Made by a program: the position numbers and the translations under genes. Shown one piece after another: positions 40,001-58,795 of a stretch of DNA of 64,000 bases (positions within the stretch are counted from its first letter, which is position 1; each line of letters opens with the position of its first letter). The notes below the pieces were generated by a model. It saw nothing but the letters and a program-made list of their open reading frames with translations. It searched no databases and had not been told where the DNA came from. The stretch covers positions 434,001 through 498,000 of the forward strand of contig JBODTK010000112.1 in assembly GCA_050613775.1 (NCBI GenBank). The letters run 5' to 3'. Source of the stretch: Neocallimastix sp. 'constans' (Eukaryota).

Positions 40001-43000
40001 ATATTAATTGATTGGTATTAAAATATAAGCATATAAATTAATAAATATCTTGACAATATATTTATGAATATAGAAATATTTACCAGCTTTGTGATCAGTA
40101 TCAGTAAGAACATAGAATATATCTTGTAATATATTTAAGAAATAGGTTTGATAGAAAGCATTAGCAATATTACTATCGACTTTAGAGAAATTGGTTAATA
40201 ATTCTAAACAAATAGAAAGACCAATATCAGCAATATTTCTCATTGTATGCTTAAAGGCCCAAACAATACTATCCATAATCAATTTGAACATTTGAGGTGA
40301 AAGTTGAAGAAGAGCTGGGAAACAATGTTGATTAATTGCACGAATTAATCTAAAGAAACCATCACGATGTTCTGGGTATTCGGAAAAGTCCTTATTAATC
40401 ATATTTAAGGTACATTCAAATACATGTTGTAATATAGCTGGTACTTGTTCAGTAATTAATTTTCCCATTTTACCAACAATACTAGCCATAACACTTAATA
40501 CTTCAGCATCTCTAGCAGGCTCAACATTTCTTTCATAATCACCGAGAACATGTTCTAAAAGTGGTGGAATAATATTTTGCATAATTAATGGAAGATCTTC
40601 AGCTTTAGTAATATAAGTTTCACTAAGTTTTAAAATTTCTTTCTTAATTGTTCTTAAACCACGAATTCTTGGAGTATTGGTAGCAATTAATCCTATATTT
40701 ATTTTTTTAAAACAAAAATAATACAAAATTAATTATTCATATAAGTATTCATTAAAAAAAAAAAATAGAAAATAAAAAAAAAAAAAAATTAAATAAAAAA
40801 TAAAATAAAATAAAAAATAAAATAAAATATAATATAATAAAATAAATTAAAATAAATAGTAGAAATATAAATATAAAGCACAGATTGAATAAAATAAAAT
40901 AAAATAAAATAAAATAAAATAAAATAAAATAAATAATAGAAATATAAATGCAAAGTACAAATTGAATAAAATAAAATAAAATAAATAGTAGTAAACATAA
41001 ATGTAAAGTACAGATTAAATAAAATAAAATAAAACAAAATAAAATAAACAATTTATAAATTATTTTAATATTGATACCTTGTGTTGCAATTCCTTCAGAA
41101 ATTAGTCCACTGACAACTCTATAAAGACCTAACATATCCATGAAAATACGACTATATTGAACAATAAATGAATTACCAATAGATGAGCAAGCTGAGACGT
41201 TAGTTTTTAAAATGTTACCTAATAATTTAACATTTTCTGGATTATTCAATACATCAACATTATTATTGGCTTGAGTCATAATATTATCCCACTGTTTTTC
41301 CATAAAAATTTTTAATAAACAAATAATAATAAATAAATAAAATTTAAAAAAAAAAAATATTTTATTAATAATTTTAAATTATTATTAAAATTAAAACAAG
41401 ATGTATATATATTTAGAAAAGAAAGTAAAATTACAGCTTGATTTGGTAATTCCATAAGCTTTTGAACTAATTTTTCTTGTATATTCTTATTTGGTTGAGC
41501 TGAGACCATATAACCAACAGCTTCATAGAAAGTTTGAACCTTTTAAATATTATTATTATTATTATTATATTTTTTTTTTTTTTTTTATTTTTTTTTTTTT
41601 TTATTAATTATATATATATAGTTTTATTAGTTTTATTTTTTATTTATATAATCTATTATTTATTTATAACAAAATATAAATAAATATAAATTTTTATATA
41701 AAATCTTACTTGTTGTGGTCTAAGATCTGAAGTAATTTCACTAATCGATGCTATAATTTCTTCAATATATGGCATTAACTCACCAGTTTGTTGCATAACA
41801 AAATGACGTCTACATTTTTGAGAAATTTTTATAAATGAATCACATGCCATATCTTGTACACCTTCGTGAGTTTCATGCATAAATTCAAATAATTTGTTTA
41901 CAACAGTTTTAAGGAATTTCCAGTGAGCCTTTAAAAATCTTGGATATTGACCTACAACGTACATAATATTTGCAGCTACAACTGCTTTATTATCTTTTCC
42001 CCTTTTCATTTCACATAAACCTAAAAGTTCCTTAATAACAGTAACAAGGAATCTTTTTTCAGTATCTTCACTCATAGCACCACTAATAGAACCAATAGCC
42101 CAACATAATTTATTTAAATTATCCCATGACCATTCAGAACCATCGACCTTATTAATATATAAATTAAGTTATTATTAATAAGGTTTAAATATATATAACA
42201 ATTTATAAAAAATAAAAAAAAAAAAAAAAAGTATATTACTTGTTTTTGTAATTTTTCAGACATAATTTCTTTTGTATCCATCATATCTAAGTGAGTAAGG
42301 TAAACAAGAACTTCACGCATACTTTTATATAAGGTAATGGTATCACTTTCTTTAACGAATTCTCTGACAATTTCACCTTCATCATTTTCAACAATTAAAA
42401 CCTTTATAATTTTTTTAAAATATTTTAATTAATATATATATATATATATATAATATAAATATAAAAAATATTTATAAAAGAGGTATATATTATTTTTCTA
42501 AACATACTTCTTCTGGTTTAACCATACGTTCAATCATAACAACACGTAAAGTTGATAAGACATCTTTATATATATGTTTGCGAAGAGAAATATCATCAAG
42601 GTAACCAGGATTCATATTTAATAATTGCATACCAACGTGAGGAATCTTTTGAATTTCTTCATATAATTCTGCAACCTTTTATAAAAAAAAAAAAAAAAAA
42701 ATAACACATTATAAAATAAATAATATATTTATTATTAAAAAAATAAACTATAACAATAGTTTTATATTAATATATATCAATTCTATTTTAATACTTACTA
42801 ATTTTGCCCAATATTCTAAACAAATTTTGAAAATTTCACGATCGCGAACAAGAGAAATTCTAAGAAGATACCAATGACCCGTTAATAATAATTCACGTTG
42901 AGGTTCAATTAACTATTATATATATATATGAAAAAATATTTTTATTAAATAATAATGAATATTATTTATTTAAATATATATATAGATATATATTTATTTC

Positions 43001-44831
43001 AAAATTCAATTAGAAAAAATTACTTTAACGTGTTCAGAAAAGAAATTAACTAAAAATAATGCAAGATTTTGAACAAATTGTTGTTCTTCATCATTCATTT
43101 GTTCATCGTAAAGACTAGCAAAATCTTTTAGTGTATATAGAGAAATATAAATATTAATTTTTTAATTATTAAATAATATTATTTAATTTCTATGGTTATT
43201 TAACATAACATTGTTCCTTGGATTATTTAAAATAAATTACCTGTATCCTTTGGAATCATATTCATAACTGAAGTTATAACCATTTCGTATAATATACCAA
43301 ATTTATTATTGTATTCTTCAACATTTAATGAACCAATTTCAGTCAAGCATTTTAATGTTGGGTTTCTAAACATTGGAACTTCTAAGAACTATTTTCATTT
43401 TTCAAAAATAATATATTAATTGATATTGTATATTTATATTTTATTTAAATCTTTTATATATTAATTAACAATATTATTATTTTATTAATAATAATAATAA
43501 TAATATTAATATTAATAATAATAGTAAAAACATACTCTATTACGTAAAATATCAATAATGTTTGTTTCAAATATATATCCTAATGGAATCCAATTTAAAA
43601 ATCTTAATAAAGTTTCTAATGTAGCACGAATTAGACTTGGTTTTTGAGCTTTTTCTAAAACTTCATGGCAAAGCTGGAAAATTTCTGAAAATTCTCCACA
43701 CATACTATTTTTTAAATTTTTAATCTTCTTTTGAGTCATTTGTTCAGCTGAATAATCAAAAATTTCTTCACTATTTAATTTATAGATAATTTAATTTTTC
43801 GTTTTATAATTTGATATTTATGGATTATAAAAAGCAAATAAATTTCAAATCATACAATTTTATTTGGATTTCAATAAATTTTCATATTTTATACAAAATA
43901 TCATGTAATTAATAAAATTTAAGTTTTATTTATTATTAAATGCATATCTTAGATATAAATTTATCATATTCAATTATACAAACCTAAGTAACTTTAAGAT
44001 ATTCATATTGTTTTCACATAAAGATAAATTAGTCTTACTCGATGCAACAATATCTGGTATAAAGGTTGGCCAATTATGTGGCCATTCTTGTTTTAATATC
44101 TAGTTATTGTGAATAATTATAAAATTTTAATATATATTCAATAATAGTTTTTACTAAAAACTCTAATATATATATGTATTTCTTACTTGAACAAGAACCA
44201 AATTCAATTTATTTAAATAAGCTCTTTCACTAACAAGTTTCGATTCATCTGAAGAAGACTTAATAACAATGGATACAATAAAATTTTTTATACCTATTTA
44301 AAAATTTAAATTATAATTATAATTTTAATTTCGATTTTAATTTAAACAACAATCTTAATTTCGAATTCAATTTTATTTATTTTAAATTTAATAATTTATT
44401 TTCTTACCATCTGCTTGTTCTTTTGGTAAAATCTTCCAACGGGTTTTAATTAATGTTTCTAAAATTTGTAAAGCAATATACTATAATAATAAATATTTAT
44501 ATAAATTAAAATAATGTTTAATACAAATATTTTCCATATTAATAAATATATAAATATCAATATTACTTTTGTTTGAATAAATTGGGACTTCTCTAAAATT
44601 TGGTCCACTCTTGTCCAAGAATCGGGATGTTCTTTAAATTGAGCGATAACATTTCCCGCACGTTGGGACTATAAAATTATTAAAAAATAATTATTCATAT
44701 AATATTTATTACATATAAAAAATAATTAATAAAAATCATTATAAAATTATATATAATAAAGCAATAAAATTATTTATGATTTTTATAAATAAAAAAAAGC
44801 TCTATTTATTTATAATAATATTAATTTATTC

Positions 44832-44867
<36 letters not shown>

Positions 44868-45829
44868 CTCTTATATATATCATTAGATATATATGTATAT
44901 GTTTATAAAATTATTGAACAAAATTCAATTATTAGCTTTAGATGGAAGACCATCTTAAAATTTTATATACTATTAGATTAACATTTTTCATATACATTTC
45001 ACAATACATTTATTGAAATAATATTAAATGAAATTTAATTATCATTAATTTTTATTTCCTTTATGAAATAATTTATTAATCATTTTATTGCCCTTTTTTT
45101 TTTTTTTACAAAAAAAAAAAAAAAAAAAAAAAATAACTATATTAAAATAATTTAAAATGAATAATCAAATTTCTAAAATTATCAAACTAATTGAAAATTA
45201 AATGATCAGCTTATTTTTGTATTTTTTTTATACTTTCATATTTTTTAAATTATTAAATATCATCTAATATAAATTAACTGGATTTACAACAAACTTAACA
45301 TCAAATTTTATAATATTTATATATATATATGTATCATTTAAAACATCTATAATACATGTATATGATTAATTTGCCTATTATTGTCAAATTATTAATTCAA
45401 AACTGCAATATCAAAATTAAAAGATAGTCATATAAATTTAGGAACAAGTATAATGAAAATAGTTGATTCATATATATATATAATATTAATATTCTTTAAA
45501 ACCAAATTAAATATATATATATATATAAAAAATAAAAAAAAAAAAAAATAAAAAAAAAAAAACAATGGAATATCAATCTTTTTATATGAATTAGGAAATT
45601 TTTAAAATTATTTTTTTTTTAAAAAGTATATATATCATAAAAAATATAATAAAAGTATAATAATAGTATAATATTATTGCATCTTGGTAATTTTTGTAAT
45701 TTGCTTTTTATCTTATTTAAATATTAGATATATATAACATACCTCTGGTCCACCCTTGAAAAAAGTTTCTACTATAGAATCTAATAAATTAATATCTAAT
45801 TCACGTGAAAAATCTAATATATTTTCCAT
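38995..45829 (-). CDS. CRM1: Exportin-1 (CRM1/XPO1), nuclear export receptor, 19 exons
   Basis: Exons (high to low): 45829-45743, 44668-44567, 44480-44408, 44293-44187, 44099-43984, 43770-43536, 43388-43241, 43124-43024, 42912-42799, 42675-42508, 42401-42240, 42147-41710, 41539-41435, 41291-41078, 40692-40084, 39807-39633, 39542-39446, 39272-39151, 39016-38995. All introns are GT..AG. Motifs: [82 protein letters not shown]. Confidence 0.97.
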
Positions 45830-48783
45830 CTTTAATGAAACATATAATAAGTTTAATAATTTAAAATAATAAAATGTTATTTATTTCTTTATGTTTAAAT
45901 ATAAATATATAAATATATAATGTTTACTAATTCTATTTTTTACTTTTTAATAGTACTTTATCTATTATAAAAGTTCAATTTATAAAATAAAAAAAAAATA
46001 TAAAGTAATAAATAAATTAAAATAATAAAATTGAATTATAAAAAAACAAATAAAAAAAAAATGGATATATTGTATTTTATAAAAAAGAACTAAATAACTT
46101 TTTTTATTTTTGTATAAAATTCAGATGAACTAATGATTATAATTACAATTTTAAAAATAACCTTAAGAAAGAGCTAGGATAAAAAAAATTTTTTTTTTCT
46201 TTTTTTTTTTTTTTTATTATTATGTATATTTAATATATATATAATGTAAATTCAATATATTATTTAAATTTAAAGTTCATATACACTCAAAATAAAAAAT
46301 TAATAAAAAAAATAATATTGATATAATTACTAATATAAAAAATATATATTTTATAATTATAGAACAATAATGGAAACATTATTTAATTTATATAATTAAA
46401 GACTTTTTTTTTCTATTCAAGTATATTTTTACCTATACTATTCTCTAGAAAATTTTTAAATAAAAAATTTTATTTAACTATTTATTAATATATTCATTTA
46501 TTTATTTTTTTGTTAATATACTATTATTTATTTATTTACTTTTTTATTTAATATTTGAACTTATCTCTATAACTATTGGATCAATATAGATAATTACATA
46601 TTCTATATAATTTATAATTATTAAAATAATATATATATCATATTATAATTAATAATTAAAATAAAAATTAATTAATTATATTACAATTTCATTTTTCAAT
46701 ATATTATAATATATATTATTAATATATTATTTAAATAAAGTTCAATTGCTTAATGATTTAAGATAAAAAATAAATTTTTTAAATTTGAAAATTTTAGATT
46801 ATAAATTAGAATAAGATCAAAATGAGTATAAATTAATATATGAAGCTAATTTATTTTATATATATTATATATTATAGAAAAAAAATGGAAAAAATGTGAA
46901 AAGAAGTGAAATAATTGCTTCGAGAATTTTACCTATACATAAAAATTAATCCATAAAAATTATATAAATTTATATATTTTAAATTAATGGTGAGTTTATA
47001 TTACTAATTATTTTTTTTTATAGTAATTTTATGCATAATACTTTTAATATGCATATAACAAAATAATAATTAATAATTACTAATGTAAAAAATATTAAAA
47101 ACATCAAAATCATTATCAGATTATTTCTTTATATACTTTTATTAATATTTTTTTGAGAATTTGCATACTTAATATTTTTTTATTTATATAATAAGTTAAT
47201 ATTTATTTGCATAATTATTTTTTTATTTATATATTCTTTACTACTTAATTTTGTGGTTTTATTAATATTAATAATTTATCTCTATTCAATTCATTGAAGA
47301 GTATTAAATAAATATATTAAAAATGGATAATACATTTAATTAGAATTAAAAAAAATTTAATAAACTTTAAATAATATAAATTTTAAGTATATCAAACTAT
47401 CAATGGAAAAAATAATTATATTAGTTTTACTATTGATATAATCAATTTTTTAAAAATACTTTAGTATAAAAATAAAGCTTTTCATAAAAATTAAACTGTA
47501 TAGAAGTTTGGTTTTTCAATGTTTTATATTTTTAGTTTTTTTTTTATTAAAAACGTTATTACAATATTTATACATTATAGTTACTTTTTTTATTATTATC
47601 AATTTTTTTTATTTTTTTTATGATGAATTTATTTTTATTTTATTTTTTTTATTATTATTATCAATTTTTTTTTTTTTTATTATTATTATCAATTTTTTTA
47701 TTTTTATTATGATGAATTTATTTTTATTTTATTTTTATGATTATTAAGTTTTTTATTTTATTTTTATTATTATTATCAATTTTTTTATTTTGATTTTGAT
47801 TATTATTAATTTTTTTATTTTTAATTTTATTGTTCATGTTATAAAAGTTTTAAATATTTGAAAACTTTTGATTATATAATCTTTTTAATCATGTTTTGTG
47901 ATTAATAATTAATAATAATAATTTTATTATTATAATTATTAATAAAGTTAATATTAATACTTGATTCTCTCATCGGTAATATTATTTTTTTATAATATAT
48001 ATATATTCTTTATTTATTATAATATTTCAGTAAATATATCATATCTTTGTTTAAAATACATATATATAATAAAAAATTTAATCCGTAAATTTAATTATTT
48101 TTACTAATTTGATTTTGCTAAAATATTGTATTAAATATTCATTAATAATTTATAATCATATTTATTCTTATTTATATATATTTATTTAAAATTAAATGAT
48201 AATTATTTAATCTCTTAATAAATATTAATTATTATAATATTAGATATTATACAGTAGATATTATAAATTTTTATTTTATAATATTATATGATATTACTTT
48301 ATATTTGAAAAATTAATATTTAAAACACCACAATTATTTGCTAATTCGTACAATATATACAAAATTTTACTTTTTTATTTATATAATATGAATGCTTTTT
48401 TTTTTAAAAAAAAAAAAATTTAATATAAAGCTTTTTCAAATTATTTGTAATATTTAAAATTAAATTTTTATTTAATTTTGCCAAATTTAGAAATTTAATT
48501 AAATAATTAATAAATAGTAAATAATAAAAGTTTATTATTTTTTAAAAAAAAAAAAAAATTATAAAATATAAAACTACTTTTTTTTATCTCATTTTATTTA
48601 ATAAGATACTATAAAAAATAAAAATAGAATCTATATTTTTTTATTTAATTTAAATGCTTAAATAAAATTTGGCTTTATTTATATGTCATATTATTTTCTT
48701 ATAATAGTGAAAGTATTAAATAATATAGTATTAATAAATTATTCAATTTTTAATTATTTGTGAATAGTTGCTGTACACTGTAT

Positions 48784-48834
48784 TTTATTAAAATTATTTT
48801 GCCTTTTTATAAAAGGCAAAATAATTTTAATAAA
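48784..48834. repeat. Perfect inverted repeat (24-bp arms, 3-nt loop)
   Basis: TTTATTAAAATTATTTTGCCTTTT-TAT-AAAAGGCAAAATAATTTTAATAAA. Confidence 0.95.
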
Positions 48835-49059
48835 GTCCAATTATATATAATAATATAAAAATTTTTAAAATATTTATCTAATTTTTTTATTATTTTAATT
48901 TATATTATTTATTTTAATGTAATTCTTCAATTATAATTAAATAATAGTTTCTATATATTATGATGAATTAATATAAAAAAATTTTTTTATTATTAATATA
49001 TAAAATAAAAGTAAAATAAGAAAAAAAAAAGTATATAAATATATAACTTGAAATTAAAA

Positions 49060-49111
<52 letters not shown>

Positions 49112-49171
49112 TATAAAAAAAATAATATAAATTTTAATAAAAATATAAAAATACTTGTAATTCATTAATTT

Positions 49172-49210
<39 letters not shown>

Positions 49211-50220
49211 CTATATTTTTTTCTATTCTTGTAAATTATTTTATTAACAATTGTTAATTATAACTTTATTAGAATTTCTTATTAAATAATATTTTAAAAA
49301 AGAATTTATAAATATTAATAATAATATTATTATATTCCTTTTTTAATTATAAAATTTTACATTATTTCTCTTAATAATTAACTTAAAAAATAAAGAAATA
49401 ATTATTTATTTTTCTTATAGAAATAATATTAGCAAATACATTCAAAAATGAAACCATGAAGTATGATAATAAAAACGAAAATAAAAATGTAAAACAATAT
49501 TATTAAAAAAAAAATAAAAGTTTTAAATACTAATAGAAATGAAGTTCAAAAAATTTAATGTGTAATATTTAGAGTTTTTATTGTTAATAATAATATCTTT
49601 AACTTTAAAAACTAAAAATTTTTATATAGAAAAAAAAATAAATGAAAATGATAAGACATATATGAATAATTTAAATAGGAAAAAATATAATGAAATAGAT
49701 AAAAAAAATTAATAATAACATTGAAAATTATCAATATTAATCTCTTAATGAAAATAAATATGAGTATTTTTTTTAAAAGCTATTCATTCACATTAATCAC
49801 CTCTTCATACTCGTCCTTTTTTATTAAAATAAGATATGGATTCTCATTAATATCATCATAATAAACAAGATCATTACAGCAATTCACATGGTTTAAGAGG
49901 ACTTCATGAATGACATCAAAGCTCATTTAAAATTTATCATTAAATCAACTACTGATATTATTCCGTTAAAGGATAAAAAAGAATTAATAAATAGATAAAA
50001 AAAAAATTAATATCATTGGAAATGATAAACTTTAATTATTATTCAGAAAACATTAATCATGTTAACAATCAGCAATGTCATTATATTGAATGTCATTTTT
50101 GTTATTACTATTATTTATATTCATATTTATATGATCATCATAATCTTCCATCCGATATTAATGAAGATAAGTGAAATAACCATTAAAAAAAATTATTTTT
50201 TTTAAAGTGATAATAACATA

Positions 50221-50478
50221 TTTTATATAATTATTATTTATTGAAAAATTTTTTAAAACAGAAAAATAAAATTTAAAATGGTTTAAATAAATGGAATAAA
50301 TAAATAACAATATATATATCTGATATTATAAATATTATATATAATTTTTATAATTTATATAATTATTATTTATTGAAAAATTTTTTAAAACAGTAAAATA
50401 AAATTTATAATGGTTTAAATAAATGGAATAAATAAATAGCAATATATATATCTGATATTATAAATATTATATATAATA
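50221..50478 (+). repeat. ~133-bp direct tandem duplication
   Basis: TTTATATAATTATTATTTATTGAAAAATTTTTTAAAACAG...TATCTGATATTATAAATATTATATATAAT occurs twice with a few substitutions. Confidence 0.9.
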
Positions 50479-50980
50479 TCAATTGATTTAAGTAATGTAA
50501 ATTTATAATATTAAACAATAATGAAAAAAAAAAATTAAAAATAAAAAATAATTGATTTAGTGTTATACAATGTTTTGTTTTTAAAGTTGTTTGCCTATTA
50601 ATATTAATATTTTTTTTAATTAATATTTAATTTATATATATCATATTTCAAATCCAGTATTATTATTATTATTATTATAATTATTATTATTATTATTATT
50701 ATTAATTTATGAAACAATATATAATGGTATATATAATAATTTAAAGCAACTCTTTATACAAAAAAAAAAGAGAGAGAGAGAGAGAGAATTATATATATTT
50801 TTATAATATTTTTATATTTTGAAGATAGTTATTAATAGCATTAATTCAAAAATTTAAATAAATCAATACTTTTTTTTAATATATTATTATATATACTAAA
50901 AGGTATATATATTATTATACATTTTAAAAGAAGAATTAATGAAATTAAAAAAAAAAAAATTTTTTTTAAGTCTTTTTAGG

Positions 50981-55608
<4,628 letters not shown>

Positions 55609-56351
55609 TTTAATGTTTTAATTCTATTAAGAAAAAATACAAAAATTTAAATTGGAATTATAATAGTTCTCTATTTTAATACTATATATCCAGTAACATC
55701 AATTTTTTTTTTTTTTTTTTAAATATATTTTGATATATTAAATTATTGTTTTTTTTTTTTTTTACTAGAATAATAATATAAAAATTATATCAATTTTTTT
55801 TTCCAAAATTGTATATATTTTTAATTATACTAAAATATTGACGATAGTAATATGCCTTTATTATACTAATTTTATTAATGATTTTCTTCCTTTATATAAA
55901 TAATAATATTCAAATTTTAAACAAAATAATAATTAATTTAATTTTTTTTTATATAATATTTATTCTTTATATATTTGTATATTTGTTATCAGCTATTTAC
56001 TAATGTAGTAGAATATATGCCTTTTGTTGCTCACAGTATCAAGAAAGAAAAATTCTTTTTTTTTTTTTTTTTTTTTTTGATGAATGTTTGGTTTTTTTTT
56101 TGGTTTTTTTTTTTTTGGTTTTTTTGGTTTTTGTTTTTTTTTTTGGTTTTTGTTTTGTTTTTGTTTTTGTTTTGTTTGAATAATATATGGATATATTGTT
56201 TAATTTGTTAATTCACAATTTCTCTTCTCTCAATATTATCAAAAATTAGTCATATGAATTTTTATGTAATATCTTAAAAAAAATAAAATAAAATAATATA
56301 AAATAATAATTAAATAAATGTTATTAACGAACAATAATTATTATAAAAATG

Positions 56352-56382
<31 letters not shown>

Positions 56383-58795
56383 ATTAATAATAATAATAAA
56401 AAATAAAAAATAAAAATGAAAATAAAAATAAAAATAAATTAAAAATATTAAAGGAAATAATAATAATTGCAATAAAAGAATTAGTTATAATTATTATTAT
56501 TATTTAGTTAGTAATTATATACAGGCATATTATAATGTACATAAATATACTCATTGAATGACATAATAACTCTTTTACATTCTAATATTTAATGTTATAT
56601 ATTAAAACTTTTTTAATATTTTTTTTATTGTAAAATAAATAATTTATGTTAATATTTTTATTTTTAGATAATAATTGATAATAATAAAAAATTAACTTTT
56701 AAAAAAAAAAAAATACATATTACATGGCATTAACATAAAGTTCTTAATATCTATTTATAAAATTTTTAATTAACCATAATCAAAAAGTTGATATTATTAT
56801 GAAACATTTTGTCAATTTTTTTTTTTTTTTTACTTTTTTTTTTTTTATTAATATTATTATTATGTTATATTTAATTATTTATAATTAGGATTAATTATTA
56901 AAAAAAAATTATTAAATAAAAAATAAAGATAGTATAGTTAATCTATATTTAAAAATTTTTTTTAAAATTTTAATTCATTTTAATTTTATAAAAAGTAATA
57001 AAAAAAAAATCTTTTATTATATACAATATCACTGGTTACCAAGGTTATCAAAAACCTTATTTTTATTTTTTTTTTTTTTTTATTTAATTATAAATTTTAA
57101 TTATAAAAATGTTATATATCATTAGGAAAAAAAAAAAAAAAAAAATTATTTTTTAAGGTACTTTACAATTCATAATAAATCATATCATATACTAATTAAT
57201 ATATATTTGAAAAAAGTAGCTATATAATAACTATTTAATTATAAGTATTATTTTTTTTCATTAAGTGAACTTTTATTATTATTACAATTTTTTTTATAAT
57301 TAATAATTAATTTTATTTTATTTAATATCTATTTTTAATATCTATTTTTCAAATATATATTAAAAAAGGATAAATAAAAATAATTATTAAAATAACTCAT
57401 ATATAGCATTTTTAATAATATATAAATATTATATAATTTATATTATTAGTTTTGTAATATATGTATTAGATATAAATAATAAATTTAAATGACAATGTAA
57501 TATTTTCTGATCGAATGAGTATAATCTCATCAAGATCAATTAATATATTATATATATATATATAAATATATTAATTATATGAAAATAAAAAACTATATTA
57601 AAAGTTTTGCTTGCATTGTTTTTACTGTTAGGTTACTTTATTCATTTTGTAAAATGTATATTCCAATTAAGAATAAAATTTTATTTTAAGGTAGTATGTC
57701 AAATATTCAACATGAATTTTCAATCCATAAATGATAGATTGTCTTTTTATAATTGACTTAATAGAAAGTATATTTTCTTCAAATGTACTTTTTCTGGAAA
57801 GAGACATGAATCCCTCTTCAGTAATGTAAGAATAAGATATCCAAAGAATGTTAGAAAACGATTGATCTGTATACCATATATTTAGAAATGAAGACTTACT
57901 GAAGAAAGATTTCTTTATTTTTGTATATCAATAATTTCTTTTATTTTTCATATAATTTTAATATAATTATTTGAATATATAAATATTTCTTATTAGATTA
58001 TAAAACAAATCTGATTTTACATATTATAAAATATAAAATATCTATAGTAAAAAATTAAAGCTGAACTCTATAATTAATAAGAACTACGGTTTATAATAAA
58101 AAGTTCGAGATTTAATTTATTAAAAATATAAATATTAAAAGGTTAAAAAATGTTTAATAATACAAAACTCAACAATACTATAGGAAATTTTCGAAATTTT
58201 AATACTTAAATTCATTATATTTATTTATTATTCATCTAATTTTATTAATTTTTTTATTTATTTATTATTATAATTTATTTATCTATTCATTAGTTATTTA
58301 CTTTTATTTATTTATTCTTATATTTATTGGTTGCATTATTTTATTTTATTTTATTACCTTTTTTTTTTAAAAATTGTGTTAAAATTGTCATATGTATTTT
58401 AATTTTATTTTCTAATTGAATATCGATATATACATATATAATTATATTATTTCTAATTTTATTTTATTTTATTTTTTTTTTTTTTTAAAAAAAAAAAAAA
58501 TAATAATAATAATAATAATAATAAAAAATTGAAATATATAAAAAAAATTTTTTTAATACTATTATTACATAAACTTTGGTATTATTATTTTTTTTTAATA
58601 ATATATATGTATACATATATATATAAATATTTATATTAATAAAAATTGTATAAATGTGTTAATCAATAAACATATTCCCCTTATAAACTTGAAAATAAAA
58701 AGTATATACATATATATTATGATTGTTTAAAAATTTTTATTTTAAAAACAAAGTTTAATTACAGAAAAAAAAAAATTTTTTTTTTATTTTTATTA

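Noticed and set aside
40693..41077. CRM1 intron starting GTATCA as a possible U12-type intron
   Set aside because: The donor is GTATCAAT rather than GTATCCTT, and no TCCTTAAC branch point was seen; treated as U2-type.
39191..43739. Separate small ORFs across 39-44 kb
   Set aside because: They are CRM1 exons running into introns, or antisense frames.
46000..50900. Phe/Ile-rich ORFs (47508, 48968) and similar ones at 18176, 55975 and 60179
   Set aside because: Derived from poly-T/poly-A and degenerate AT repeats, with no coding signal.
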